Positions 49,697-59,610 of a stretch of DNA of 64,000 nt are shown in pieces. This DNA comes from a virus, in IMG/VR virus record IMGVR_UViG_3300017917_002116, positions 32,001-96,000 of that record; one strand, given 5' to 3'. Position numbers and translations under genes: made by a program. The notes beneath the pieces are model-generated. The model was given only the letters and a program-made list of their open reading frames with translations. It was not told where the DNA came from and searched no databases. Position 1 is the first letter of the stretch. Each line of letters opens with the position of its first letter.

Positions 49697-50164
49697 ATGG
49701 CTAACAATTATAATCAAGGATTTTTCACACCCAGCAACCCAGAACGATATATTGGCAGCAACAGTCCAAAATATCGTAGTGGTTGGGAACTTACTGTAAT
49801 GCGGTTTTGTGATAATCATCCCAGTATTATAGCCTGGGCCAGTGAAAGTTTACGCATACCTTATCGTAATCCATTTACTGGCAAAGACACTCATTACTAT
49901 CCTGATTTTCTGATAACATATCAGGATAAAGAAGGCAATAAAATAAGCGAAGTTATTGAAGTCAAGCCACGCAACCAAGCATTATTAGAGCAAGCGAGAA
50001 CCCAACAAGAAAAGGCAGCAGTAGTTCTTAACATGGCTAAATGGGAAGCATGTAGGATATGGTGCCAGAAACATGGTATGCGTTTTAGAATACTCACTGA
50101 AGAAGATATATACAATAACTGGCAACCAAGAAGCAAGCCCAAACAAAAGCGAGTTAAAAGATGA
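49697..50164 (+). CDS. gp4: Head completion nuclease (gp4-like, TnsA fold)
   Basis: YRSGWE..MRFCD, WASE...IPY, YYPDF, IEVKP, N.AKWEA, FRILTE. Confidence 0.92.
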   Translation: MANNYNQGFFTPSNPERYIGSNSPKYRSGWELTVMRFCDNHPSIIAWASESLRIPYRNPFTGKDTHYYPDFLITYQDKEGNKISEVIEVKPRNQALLEQARTQQEKAAVVLNMAKWEACRIWCQKHGMRFRILTEEDIYNNWQPRSKPKQKRVKR

Positions 50165-50670
50165 CAAAAAAGCTGGAAGAATTCTTCAACGTTGAACCTT
50201 TAGATAGAAGCGAAAGTGAATCAGAAGAGCAAACAGTGCTACCCACAGCAGAGGTGGTGCCATTGCCCACAGTGGTAGACCATGAGGAACTCAGCATGCA
50301 ATTGGACATTGCCAATAGAATAGACAAGGCATTACCGCAAGTTAGAGGTCTGGAAACAGAAGATAAAGACCTAGATAGTTATGCAGATCAGGCCATGGAC
50401 AGTTATCAAAAGCTCATGGACCTAGGTTTTAATGTAGATGATCGCAATGCTGGTAAAATATTTGAAGTTGCTAGTACTATGATGAATAATGCTATTTCTG
50501 CTAAAACTGCCAAGTTAGAAAAGAAGCTCAAAATGGTTGAATTGCAGCTAAAGGCTGCTAGATTAGCACAGACACAAAAGCCTGAAGAGGAAACAAAGCC
50601 CAATCAGGAACTCAATACCGATCGTAATGCTATTTTAAATCTAATCAACCAAAATCTTAAGAAACACTAA
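50161..50670 (+). CDS. Probable terminase small subunit
   Basis: Helical; LMDLGFNV..R.AGKIFEVA..M; ends DRNAIL; upstream of the large terminase. Confidence 0.6.
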   Translation: MTKKLEEFFNVEPLDRSESESEEQTVLPTAEVVPLPTVVDHEELSMQLDIANRIDKALPQVRGLETEDKDLDSYADQAMDSYQKLMDLGFNVDDRNAGKIFEVASTMMNNAISAKTAKLEKKLKMVELQLKAARLAQTQKPEEETKPNQELNTDRNAILNLINQNLKKH

Positions 50671-50711
50671 AGTACGGTGATAGTATGCTGTTTTTTTAAT
50701 AAACAGTATAA

Positions 50712-51113
50712 ATGAAGCTTCACGAAATAATCACCGAAGATAGGAATTATACTAAAACGCATGGGCGCATGGATAAGAGCTACTCCCAGGTTCTGCCCAG
50801 CACGCACCTTGTGGCTGGTACGGCAGATAGATTCTACGATCTATATAGAATAAGCATGAGAACTGCCATGGCAGATGGTAAGAATATGCCCAAATTCGAA
50901 CCAGAAAGCTGGGTTGGTAGAAATAACACCATGCACCCTTATACCAAAGAAGAAGCAGACATGCTCAAACATGCCTATGCTGCCACAGGGGTACAATGGA
51001 CAGATGAACTGCATCCAAATAGTGAAAACCGTAGTTTAGAACCCGATGACACCTATACAGTTAGTCCCGTGGCCTCCGGATGGAAAAAGAAACGACGCAG
51101 GAGTGATAAATAA
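50712..51113 (+). CDS. Probable internal head protein
   Basis: N-terminal MKLHEIITE resembles the T4 capsid-targeting leader. Confidence 0.5.
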   Translation: MKLHEIITEDRNYTKTHGRMDKSYSQVLPSTHLVAGTADRFYDLYRISMRTAMADGKNMPKFEPESWVGRNNTMHPYTKEEADMLKHAYAATGVQWTDELHPNSENRSLEPDDTYTVSPVASGWKKKRRRSDK

Positions 51114-51131
51114 TGTATCCGGAGATATTAG

Positions 51132-51773
51132 ATGTCAACCCTATTAGAATATATAAATTCAGTAAAGACACAACATAAGTATCGCATCAAGTTGGCCTGC
51201 GGCTGTGATGATGCGATCATGGACAAAATCGAAAAGCATCTGGAAAAGTATGATGCAGAAGAAATCAGTAATCCACAAAAACTTATTCTTCAAAGACGTC
51301 CATTAGACTTCCCCAACTTAGACATGGCTGAAGTTCATATTGTTGATTTTACTGCCAACCTTCCTGTAAGCCAGGATATGCTCAGAGCAGAACTATCTAA
51401 AATATTGAGAGTCCCAGAAGGCATGATCGTTGTAAGAAACGCATTAGAGCCTAGAGAACAAGAAGCTGAACATGACGAAGAAGCAGAAAAGTTCATGAAG
51501 GACCCCAAGAAATTAGAAGCTAAATTAGGCACAGATTATAGCAAGGATGAAGGTTCTGAAGTAACAGCAGAAGAAACATTCGGCAACAAGTACAATACTA
51601 ATCTGCTAAAAGAATTGAAAAAATTAGCAGATGATCGTAAGAAAAAACTGGAGACACCTAAAGTAACAGATCCTGATATTCCTGCTAGTGAACCAGAGAT
51701 CGGCGACAGTCCACGCACCAACACAAAGAGTACAGTTCGTGCATTTACATCTCCAACAGGTAAAGGAAAATAA
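51132..51773 (+). CDS. Conserved head-associated hypothetical protein
   Basis: MSTLLEYI, YRIKLA, PLDFP, FGNKYN..LLKEL; late TAAATA at 51107. Confidence 0.55.
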   Translation: MSTLLEYINSVKTQHKYRIKLACGCDDAIMDKIEKHLEKYDAEEISNPQKLILQRRPLDFPNLDMAEVHIVDFTANLPVSQDMLRAELSKILRVPEGMIVVRNALEPREQEAEHDEEAEKFMKDPKKLEAKLGTDYSKDEGSEVTAEETFGNKYNTNLLKELKKLADDRKKKLETPKVTDPDIPASEPEIGDSPRTNTKSTVRAFTSPTGKGK

Positions 51774-51775
51774 TC

Positions 51776-52789
51776 ATGGATCTAGTAAAACTATTAGCCA
51801 AGCTACAAACTATTGGCGTCACCGAAGAAAAGAAGCCAGATGCTGACGGTGACGGTGTGCCTGATTGGGCAGACAAAAAGCCTGGTGCAGATGACACCGA
51901 GGACAAAAAAGAAAAAGCCAACGAAGATATTGAAAATGTACTTCGCAAACTACAAGCCATTCAAGAAGGCAATAACGAAGATACAGAAGTCGATGAAGCA
52001 GTTAAAGTAATGCGTAAAGATCAGTTTACTGGTGACTTTGAAAGATATAGTAGAGACGCCACAGATCCAGATGCTCAAGCACATAGAGATCAAACTGCCG
52101 CTGCTATGAAAGATTTTAGAAAGCAGACTGGCATATCAGGCGCAAAAAAACTTGCTGGCGATTACAGAGCCAAGCAGGCAGGATTAAATATTCATTCTCG
52201 TAAAACATTTGAAGAAGAAGATGTGGAAGAAGGCAACGAATTTGCACAAAAAGTTCAACAACTCAAAGCACAAGGCGCCAAACCTGGTACTAAGTTCAAG
52301 ACCAGCGATGGTAAAGAGCATGTACTGGAGGCGGAAGAAGCATGTGAAGATTGTGGCAAAGTTCACGAAGGTGCATGTAAAGAAGAAGATCTTAAAGAAT
52401 GCGATATGAGTCCATTAAGTTCTATGGGCGGTATGGAACAGCAAGCAACTCCTGATCGCTACACATTAACAATTCAGCGCGGTGACAAGAATCTAAACGT
52501 TACCACAGATAATCCTGCAGAATTGCTACAGCTAATGAAATTGGCAGGCGTAACACAGGGTGCAGAAGTACAACAGGCACCTGCAGAAGAACAGGAAGTT
52601 GAAGAAGATTGGGGCAATACTCCTGCACAAACCAATGAACCAGAACCACGTGGCCATGGTGACATACGTGACTGGGGACTACCTGGCACAGCAAAAGCCA
52701 AAGTACGTTATACTCCTCAACAACAAGGCGACAATCCAATGGAAAGCAAAATGTTTGAGGAATATAAACAGTTCAAACAAGGTAAATGA
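51776..52789 (+). CDS. Acidic low-complexity probable internal head protein
   Basis: Many (L/V/I)xE sites; DADGDGVPDWAD; EEGNEF; CEDCGKVH; MKLAGV. Confidence 0.55.
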   Translation: MDLVKLLAKLQTIGVTEEKKPDADGDGVPDWADKKPGADDTEDKKEKANEDIENVLRKLQAIQEGNNEDTEVDEAVKVMRKDQFTGDFERYSRDATDPDAQAHRDQTAAAMKDFRKQTGISGAKKLAGDYRAKQAGLNIHSRKTFEEEDVEEGNEFAQKVQQLKAQGAKPGTKFKTSDGKEHVLEAEEACEDCGKVHEGACKEEDLKECDMSPLSSMGGMEQQATPDRYTLTIQRGDKNLNVTTDNPAELLQLMKLAGVTQGAEVQQAPAEEQEVEEDWGNTPAQTNEPEPRGHGDIRDWGLPGTAKAKVRYTPQQQGDNPMESKMFEEYKQFKQGK

Positions 52790-54318
52790 GCACCGACAAT
52801 TTCATAAAGTCGCCTTATAAGAAGGAAAATTATACAGAGGATCAGATAGCGGAGATTATAAAGTCCGCTACTGATCCAGTATATTTTTTAACGACCTACA
52901 TGTGGATACAACACCCCGTCAAGGGGCGTGTTAAATTTGATCTATTTGATTATCAGATAGATCTTATCAATACCTACCATAATCACAAATACAGCATTAA
53001 CATGCTAGGTCGTCAGATGGGCAAGTCCACCTGTGCTGCCGGTTATCTATTATGGTATGCCATGTTTGTACCGGACAGCACGATTCTAATTGCCGCACAC
53101 AAGTACACAGGCGCACAGGAAATTATGCAACGTGTTCGTTTTATGTACGAGCATTTGCCCAATTGGATCAAAGCAGGTGTCACTAGTTATAACAAAGGCA
53201 GCATAGACTTTGACAACGGCAGTCGTATAGTAAGTGCAACTACAACAGAAAACACTGGTCGTGGTATGAGTATTACACTAGTATACCTGGACGAATTCGC
53301 CTTCGTGCCACCTCGAATCGCCAAGGAATTCTGGACAGCACTAAGCCCAACATTGTCTACTGGTGGTAAGTGTATTATTACAAGCACACCTAGCCAGGAT
53401 AATGACCAGTTCGCACAGATCTGGAATGAAGCAATAAAGAACATAGATGAGTATGGTAACCCCAGGGACGTTGGTAAAAACGGCTTTAAGAGTATCAAAT
53501 ATATCTGGAGTGATCATCCTGACAGAGATGATGCCTGGGCGGATCATGAACGCAGTAAGATTGGCGAAGACAGATTCATGCGTGAGCATGAGTGTAAGTT
53601 TATTGCAGCCGATGAGACCTTGGTTAACAGTATTAAACTATCATTACTTGAAGGCAAGGAACCCATTAATAAAATGGGACAGCTTAGGATATACACTCCT
53701 ATAGTCAAGGACATGACTTATATTATAGGATGGGACCCTAGTCTAGGCACTGGTGGTGACTATGCAGCCATAGAAGTATTTAGGCTACCAGACCTGGTAC
53801 AGGTGGCAGAGTGGCAGCACAATAAAACAGATGTTCGTGGACAGTTGAAAGTTCTAGTAAATCTATTAGACTACATGAAAGAACAGGGTTTGGACAACGA
53901 TCAAATGTATTGGAGCGTAGAGAATAACACTCTGGGCGAAGCAGCCCTAGTGGCTATTACAGAATATGGTGAAGAACGCATACCAGGATATTTTATCAGT
54001 GAACCAGGAAACAAACGCAGGGGTTTCAATACCACAAACAAAAGCAAATTAGCCGCATGTACTAAATTCAAATACTATTTAGAAACAGACAAAATGCGCC
54101 TGCAGAGTAAAAATCTAATACAGGAAGTCAAAACCTTTGTGGCTCACGGCGCTAGTTTTGCTGCCAAAGAGGGTGAAACAGACGATTTGGTCATGGCATC
54201 CTTGCTAGTTACAAGAATAGTAGAACACATGATGAAGTACGACGAAAAAACATATCAAGCTCTGGTTGAGCGCAGTAGCAGTGATTTCGTAGCTCCCATG
54301 CCAATCGGCATAATATAA
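52786..54318 (+). CDS. gp17: Terminase large subunit
   Basis: RQMGKST Walker A, GRGMS, VYLDEFAF Walker B, ITSTP, WDPSLG.GGD, DDLVMA. Confidence 0.96.
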   Translation: MSTDNFIKSPYKKENYTEDQIAEIIKSATDPVYFLTTYMWIQHPVKGRVKFDLFDYQIDLINTYHNHKYSINMLGRQMGKSTCAAGYLLWYAMFVPDSTILIAAHKYTGAQEIMQRVRFMYEHLPNWIKAGVTSYNKGSIDFDNGSRIVSATTTENTGRGMSITLVYLDEFAFVPPRIAKEFWTALSPTLSTGGKCIITSTPSQDNDQFAQIWNEAIKNIDEYGNPRDVGKNGFKSIKYIWSDHPDRDDAWADHERSKIGEDRFMREHECKFIAADETLVNSIKLSLLEGKEPINKMGQLRIYTPIVKDMTYIIGWDPSLGTGGDYAAIEVFRLPDLVQVAEWQHNKTDVRGQLKVLVNLLDYMKEQGLDNDQMYWSVENNTLGEAALVAITEYGEERIPGYFISEPGNKRRGFNTTNKSKLAACTKFKYYLETDKMRLQSKNLIQEVKTFVAHGASFAAKEGETDDLVMASLLVTRIVEHMMKYDEKTYQALVERSSSDFVAPMPIGII

Positions 54319-54339
54319 TAAAAAAAGGTAAATAATAAC

Positions 54340-55590
54340 ATGGCCGTTGATTTTGATACAGTAGCTGAACGAGTTTTTGACCAACTAAAAGGTTTTGGGC
54401 ACAATCTTGCCATTTTTGACAAAGATGGTAAGCAGACTGTTAATGCCGAGGATGGCAGGCAGTTTTATAGCAAAGATCAAAAATTGACAGTGGAATTAGA
54501 TGAAAATGATAACACTATCAAAATTAAATATGGCGACAGTTCTGATCCAGATAGGGTTAAAAAATTAATTAACTCCATACGTGGCGGAATAGCAAAAAAA
54601 TACTTAATAGGAGTTGATGTTATGCCTTATACAGGTAGAGACATAGAGCTTAAAGACGTTCAAAATTTAGTCAAAGAAAGCCTGGGCCCTGCGGCTGGTT
54701 CTGTCAAGACCAGCTACCAGCAAACAGAAGGCGCCAGACTAATTATACGTCACAGTAAGCCAGTAAACGAAGAAATACGCGGTAGCAGAAGCAGAAATAT
54801 TAGTGCACTATTCATAGAAAACGCTCAGGGTGAACGTTTCCGCTATCCACATAAACATCTTGCCGCCGCAAGAATTATGACACGACATGTCGCAGAAGGT
54901 GGCACACCTTATGACGAAGTTGGTCAAAAGATTATCAGCCTAAGCGAAGAACGTTCCAACCTTATCAAGGTCGCAGGCTATATCAAGCACAACGGACTAC
55001 AAGAACAAGCCAGTGATGTTGGCTATGCTGTACAACAACGTCTAAGTGAAATCAAGCACCTATTAGGTAGATACAATGCCGAGAGTCTATTGGCAGATAT
55101 GTACGAAAGTGATGAAAGCAACGTAGAAGAACTAAAAGAAAAATTAACCAAGAATGTCTTTGATGAAAGCATTACAGACATGTTGCCTAAACTAGGTGGT
55201 TATGTAAAAGCATATCAAAACAGAATTCAGGCTGAACAGGCGCTCACAGGATTGCAACAACAAGTTGAAGAAAGTGCAGGCATTCCAGTTAATGAAATTC
55301 CTGATATGGAATTGGCCAGCATGATTGTTTATGAAAGCCCAACAGTCAATACAACTGAGTTGATCAACATGGTATTACCTGTACTAGAAGATCAAGAGTT
55401 AAAACAACAATTGGAACAGGTCAATGCCTACGTTCAAGAAGGCCTACTAGATCCTGCCAAGGTTGATAATTTAACCAGAAGCATTGTTGGTAAGGCTCAA
55501 TTGGTCACATTCGAATCTGACAGAACTTTTGATGACATGTTCGAAAGTGCCATAAAGAAAAAATTTGATATCAGAGAAATTTTGAAGTAA
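54340..55590 (+). CDS. Conserved late hypothetical protein
   Basis: RLIIRHS..V.EE.RGSRSRNISALFIEN.QGERF; TAAATA at 54329-54334. Confidence 0.6.
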   Translation: MAVDFDTVAERVFDQLKGFGHNLAIFDKDGKQTVNAEDGRQFYSKDQKLTVELDENDNTIKIKYGDSSDPDRVKKLINSIRGGIAKKYLIGVDVMPYTGRDIELKDVQNLVKESLGPAAGSVKTSYQQTEGARLIIRHSKPVNEEIRGSRSRNISALFIENAQGERFRYPHKHLAAARIMTRHVAEGGTPYDEVGQKIISLSEERSNLIKVAGYIKHNGLQEQASDVGYAVQQRLSEIKHLLGRYNAESLLADMYESDESNVEELKEKLTKNVFDESITDMLPKLGGYVKAYQNRIQAEQALTGLQQQVEESAGIPVNEIPDMELASMIVYESPTVNTTELINMVLPVLEDQELKQQLEQVNAYVQEGLLDPAKVDNLTRSIVGKAQLVTFESDRTFDDMFESAIKKKFDIREILK

Positions 55591-55593
55591 TGA

Positions 55594-55741
55594 TATAAAT
55601 ATCAGTGTAGGATGATCGTTTTGGTCATCTTACACTTGACGTAACAAGCATAAGCATGTTACATTACGTTCACAAGATAGGATGTCTTGTGATCCAGGCA
55701 AACAATTTGGTATTACCCTGGCTTAACATTGGAGAAAAACT
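55594..55741 (+). promoter_or_regulatory. gp32 promoter region with structured leader
   Basis: TATAAATA at 55594; TTGACG-N18-TACATT at 55636-55665; several hairpins; GGAG SD. Confidence 0.6.
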
Positions 55742-56722
55742 ATGGCTACACTAGCAGAAATTCGCGCTCGTTTGATGGAGCAAGAAAACCGTTCTACCGG
55801 TACAAAAATGGTTGCAGACAATGCAATCTTTCCTTTCTGGAACATCCCAGAAAATTCCACAGCAGTTATTCGTTTCCTGCCTGATGGAGATGACACAAAT
55901 ACTTTCCCCTGGCGCGAACGCCAAATGATTCGTCTAGCCTTCCCTGGCGTTAAGGGTGGAGACGAAGGCAAGGCAGTGACTGTTACTGTTCCTTGTATGG
56001 AAATGTGGAAAGAAACTTGCCCGATCCACGCAGAGATTCGTCCTTGGTTTAAGGACAAGAGTCTTGAGGATCTTGGTCGCAAATATTGGAAAAAGAAGTC
56101 TTATATCTTCCAGGGCTTTGTTGTACAAAGTAGCCTGCAGGAAGAAGTTCTTCCGGAGAATCCTATTCGACGTTTCATTATCAATCCCAGCATCTTTAAC
56201 ATTGTTAAGGGTGCTCTAATGGATCCTGAAATGGAAAGTCTATTCACTGACTATGAGAATGGCACAGACTTCCGTCTGACTAAGACCACTAAGGGTCAGT
56301 ATGCTGATTACAGCACTTCAAGTTTCGCACGTCGTGAACGTGGCCTGAATGAAGTTGAACTGCAAGCCATTGCTTCACATGGTCTGTTCAACCTTAATGA
56401 CTTCATGCCTAAGAAGCCAACCAAAGAAGAAGTTGATATCATCTATGATATGTTCAAGGCCAGCGTTGATGGTGAACTCTATGATCCTCAGCGTTGGGGT
56501 CAGCACTTCAAACCAGGTGGTCTAAATCTTGACACCGGCTCTGCGTCAGCAGAACGTGCTAGTGCATCTGCTGCCAAGCCCGCTGTTAGCGTGGTTAAGC
56601 CATCTGCACCAGTAGAAGAAGATGACGAACCTCCTTTTGAAGTAGAATCCAGCACTCCTGCTCCTGCAGGCAAAAAGGATGTCAACGACATTCTAGCAAT
56701 GATTCGCAATCGTAAGCAATAA
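55742..56722 (+). CDS. gp32: Single-stranded DNA-binding protein
   Basis: AVIRFLPD, C....CP, KYWKK.SY, DFRL.K..KG.YADYS.S.F, acidic tail. Confidence 0.9.
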   Translation: MATLAEIRARLMEQENRSTGTKMVADNAIFPFWNIPENSTAVIRFLPDGDDTNTFPWRERQMIRLAFPGVKGGDEGKAVTVTVPCMEMWKETCPIHAEIRPWFKDKSLEDLGRKYWKKKSYIFQGFVVQSSLQEEVLPENPIRRFIINPSIFNIVKGALMDPEMESLFTDYENGTDFRLTKTTKGQYADYSTSSFARRERGLNEVELQAIASHGLFNLNDFMPKKPTKEEVDIIYDMFKASVDGELYDPQRWGQHFKPGGLNLDTGSASAERASASAAKPAVSVVKPSAPVEEDDEPPFEVESSTPAPAGKKDVNDILAMIRNRKQ

Positions 56723-56729
56723 TAGGCTC

Positions 56730-56753
56730 CCCGGGCTACGGCCCGGGTTTTTT
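56730..56753 (+). terminator. Rho-independent terminator
   Basis: CCCGGGC-TACG-GCCCGGG-TTTTTT. Confidence 0.9.
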
Positions 56754-56797
56754 CTGTGCAGAAAAAACGATTACTATCTCAAAGTAGGGAGTATCCT

Positions 56798-57070
56798 GTG
56801 ACATTACCAGACGAACGATATCGTGCTGTTGTGTGGGCAGAGCGGTTCCTCAAAGAACTAGCTCATGACACTAAAAAATATCCTCGAGTACCCAAGGCCG
56901 TACGTCGAGAAGCATATTCTATTTTAAGACATTACCCAAGCAAATGGGATATGACTCGTGTATCAGAAGCATCACCAGAAGTATTTCAGGAAAAGATGGA
57001 ACCTTTGACACGAATGCTAGAAGTTTATAAAATAGAGAAGAAGGAAGAACTAAATGGCAAAATTGACTAA
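56798..57070 (+). CDS. Hypothetical protein
   Basis: GTG start after GGGAG; TLPDERYRA..PRVPKAVR..LRHYP. Confidence 0.65.
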   Translation: MTLPDERYRAVVWAERFLKELAHDTKKYPRVPKAVRREAYSILRHYPSKWDMTRVSEASPEVFQEKMEPLTRMLEVYKIEKKEELNGKID

Positions 57071-57245
57071 ACTAGTAAAAGTAAATGAATCAATCACTAT
57101 CAACCGTTATGACAACGTATGGATGGTGGAAATTGGTGGCAGAAACAAAAAAGACGATTGGGCAAATACCAAGACTGTATGCAATACCGAGCAAGAGCTT
57201 CTGGAACTCATCAAAGAGTGGAATACAATGGAAGTGAACGACTAA
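57054..57245 (+). CDS. Small hypothetical protein
   Basis: 63-aa ORF in the operon upstream of uvsX. Confidence 0.6.
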   Translation: MAKLTKLVKVNESITINRYDNVWMVEIGGRNKKDDWANTKTVCNTEQELLELIKEWNTMEVND

Positions 57246-57246
57246 T

Positions 57247-58314
57247 ATGACTAAGCCATTTGATGTAAGTAAATTTAGAAAAGAAATCACTAAGAGCATT
57301 GAAGGTCTTAGTATTGGTTTCAATGATCCAACTGATTGGATTTCAACAGGCAACTATACACTGAACTATCTGATCAGTGGAGACTTTTTTAAAGGTGTAC
57401 CACTAGGCAAGGTTACAGTATTTGCCGGTGAATCAGGTGCAGGTAAGAGTTATATCTGTTCAGGCAACCTTGTGCGCCACGCACAAGAGCAAGGTATCTT
57501 TGTTGTACTGATTGATAGTGAAAATGCTCTTGACGAGGCCTGGCTACACGCACTAGGTGTGAGCACTGATGAAAGTAAACTGTTAAAACTTAACATGGCC
57601 ATGATTGATGATGTGGCAAAAACTATCAGTAAGTTTATTGCTGATTATAAGGCACTACCCGAAGATGATCGTCCCAAGGTCTTGTTTGTAATTGACAGCC
57701 TGGGTATGTTGCTGACACCCACCGATGTAAACCAGTTCGATGCGGGTGATCTCAAAGGCGACATGGGTCGTAAACCCAAAGCATTAACTGCCCTAGTACG
57801 CAATTGCGTAAATATGTTCGGTAGCCATAATGTCGGTCTAGTGGCAACTAACCATACCTACGCTAGTCAAGACATGTTTGATCCTGATGACAAGATCAGT
57901 GGCGGCCAAGGCTTCATCTATGCAAGCTCTATTGTGGTTGCCATGCGTAAACTCAAACTCAAAGAGGACGAGGAAGGTAATAAAACTACCGAAGTCAATG
58001 GTATTCGTGCAGCCTGTAAGGTTATGAAAACACGCTATGCAAAGCCATTTGAGAGCGTTCATGTAAAAATTCCTTATGCCACAGGTATGAGTCCTTATAG
58101 TGGCCTGTTTGACATGCTGGAAGAGCGAGGCCTGCTTAAACGTGAGGGCAATAGCTATCTTTATACAACTAAGGATGGTGAAATCTTCAAGGCCATGCGT
58201 AAAGGCTGGACAAATGAACTACTAGACAAGGTTATGGCAGACATAATGCTCAGAGATTTGACTAAAGGTGTAAATACAGCGGAAATCAAAAAGGAGCCCG
58301 CTGATGCTGCATGA
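57247..58314 (+). CDS. uvsX: RecA-like recombinase
   Basis: AGESGAGKS, DSE, VIDSLG, DMGRK, NHTY, SGG.G..YASS. Confidence 0.93.
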   Translation: MTKPFDVSKFRKEITKSIEGLSIGFNDPTDWISTGNYTLNYLISGDFFKGVPLGKVTVFAGESGAGKSYICSGNLVRHAQEQGIFVVLIDSENALDEAWLHALGVSTDESKLLKLNMAMIDDVAKTISKFIADYKALPEDDRPKVLFVIDSLGMLLTPTDVNQFDAGDLKGDMGRKPKALTALVRNCVNMFGSHNVGLVATNHTYASQDMFDPDDKISGGQGFIYASSIVVAMRKLKLKEDEEGNKTTEVNGIRAACKVMKTRYAKPFESVHVKIPYATGMSPYSGLFDMLEERGLLKREGNSYLYTTKDGEIFKAMRKGWTNELLDKVMADIMLRDLTKGVNTAEIKKEPADAA

Positions 58315-58573
58315 AGAAGAAGTTAACCTTATCGTAGACGTTTGGACTAGTGTTAAGAGTTATATTGATCGAAAAGAAAGATATGATGCCGCCAGTGCAT
58401 TACTACGCAGTTTAGAAAATCACTATGACATGGATAGTGTCAGTGAAGAACTGCTGGGCAATGACACCACGCTAGACACTGTTATTGCTGATATCTATGG
58501 AACAAGCGCCATGGGTGAAGATGAGGACGGCTACGAAGAAGACAACTACGACAGTGACTACGACGACGAATGA
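58304..58573 (+). CDS. Acidic hypothetical protein
   Basis: Lies between uvsX and uvsY; Asp/Glu-rich tail. Confidence 0.6.
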   Translation: MLHEEEVNLIVDVWTSVKSYIDRKERYDAASALLRSLENHYDMDSVSEELLGNDTTLDTVIADIYGTSAMGEDEDGYEEDNYDSDYDDE

Positions 58574-59031
58574 GTGATTGGTTCAGGCTTGTATCGGGCG
58601 ACTTATCTCAGTTGCCCGATGCCATAGCATATTTCGAGAGTGAACTACAAGGCGCTAGGATAGAAACTAGCCTCAAGGGTAACCTTGAAATGAACAGCAG
58701 ACTCATGCCTGGTATAGTTGAGCATAGATTCAATCAACTGCAAGAGATTGAAGCCATATTAGAATACCTGAATATACAATTGCGTAAAAAACGCAGTGAG
58801 GTATTCAGAAAGTATATCGAAAACTATAACAGGGCACTGAGTAGTCGTGATGCTGAAAAGTACGTGGATGGTGATGCGGATGTAGTACAATGGCAATTGT
58901 TGATCAATGAATTTTCCATGGTGCGTAACAAGTACCTTGGTCTAATGAAGGCCATCGACAGTAAACAATTTCAGATTAATAACATTACTAAACTCAGAGT
59001 TGCTGGTATGGAAGATACCACTCTGGGTTGA
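58570..59031 (+). CDS. uvsY: Recombination mediator (UvsY-like)
   Basis: Helical; KY.E.Y.RALSSRDAEKYVDGD..K..D.K.FQI.NI.KLR; synteny with uvsX and uvsW. Confidence 0.75.
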   Translation: MSDWFRLVSGDLSQLPDAIAYFESELQGARIETSLKGNLEMNSRLMPGIVEHRFNQLQEIEAILEYLNIQLRKKRSEVFRKYIENYNRALSSRDAEKYVDGDADVVQWQLLINEFSMVRNKYLGLMKAIDSKQFQINNITKLRVAGMEDTTLG

Positions 59032-59159
59032 CATGACAGACGAAGAATATTCAAGGCAAAAATATCTATTACAAATAGAACTGTTAAAATGGCAACAGCT
59101 ATGACAACAAGAATTTAAGCTATGTGTACGAATTATGATAAATAAAAAAGTATAAGGAG

Positions 59160-59390
59160 ATGGATATGGCAACATTTATAGAATGGCAAGCTACATTATC
59201 AGAGGTTGAACAAGCAAGATGTAATGAGCTATGCAATAAAGAAGAGGAACGTAGAAATGCGTCTGGTTTCCCCAAGGATGCAGAAGGCAGACTGATTTTT
59301 CCTAATGATGAAGCTCGTAAGCAATATCAAGCAGGTGCAGACCCGGAGTTTGTTTCCTATAGGACAAGATACGAAATATCACAGCAATAA
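59160..59390 (+). CDS. Small hypothetical protein
   Basis: AAGGAG SD and TAAATA upstream. Confidence 0.55.
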   Translation: MDMATFIEWQATLSEVEQARCNELCNKEEERRNASGFPKDAEGRLIFPNDEARKQYQAGADPEFVSYRTRYEISQQ

Positions 59391-59414
59391 CATATAAGTA
59401 AAACACAATATATT

Positions 59415-59439
59415 GGCCCGGCTTCCCCCGGGCCATTTT
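59415..59439 (+). terminator. Probable terminator
   Basis: GGCCCGG-CTTCCC-CCGGGCC-ATTTT. Confidence 0.65.
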
Positions 59440-59450
59440 ATTCAGTAAAA

Positions 59451-59580
59451 TTGACATAAAATCCCAGTTATTGTATACTACTGTTTTAGTTAGCGAAATG
59501 CATGAATTTTGGGTATTTTTCGGGATTTTTGAGCTAGAAAAACACCGAAAATTGACCGAAAATACCAATTCTGCTATACT
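59451..59580 (+). promoter_or_regulatory. Tandem early sigma70-type promoters
   Basis: TTGACA-N17-TATACT (59451-59479) and TTGACC-N17-TATACT (59552-59580). Confidence 0.85.
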
Positions 59581-59610
59581 AACAGTATTGTAACGCAACA
59601 GGAGCACAAA

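Noticed and set aside
52786-54318. Intein or intron in terminase, uvsX or portal
   Set aside because: Normal lengths and continuous motifs
59033-59155. Short ORF interrupted by TGA, a possible sign of stop-codon recoding
   Set aside because: Even with read-through it gives only ~40 aa; all core genes are intact under the standard code and several end in TGA or TAG
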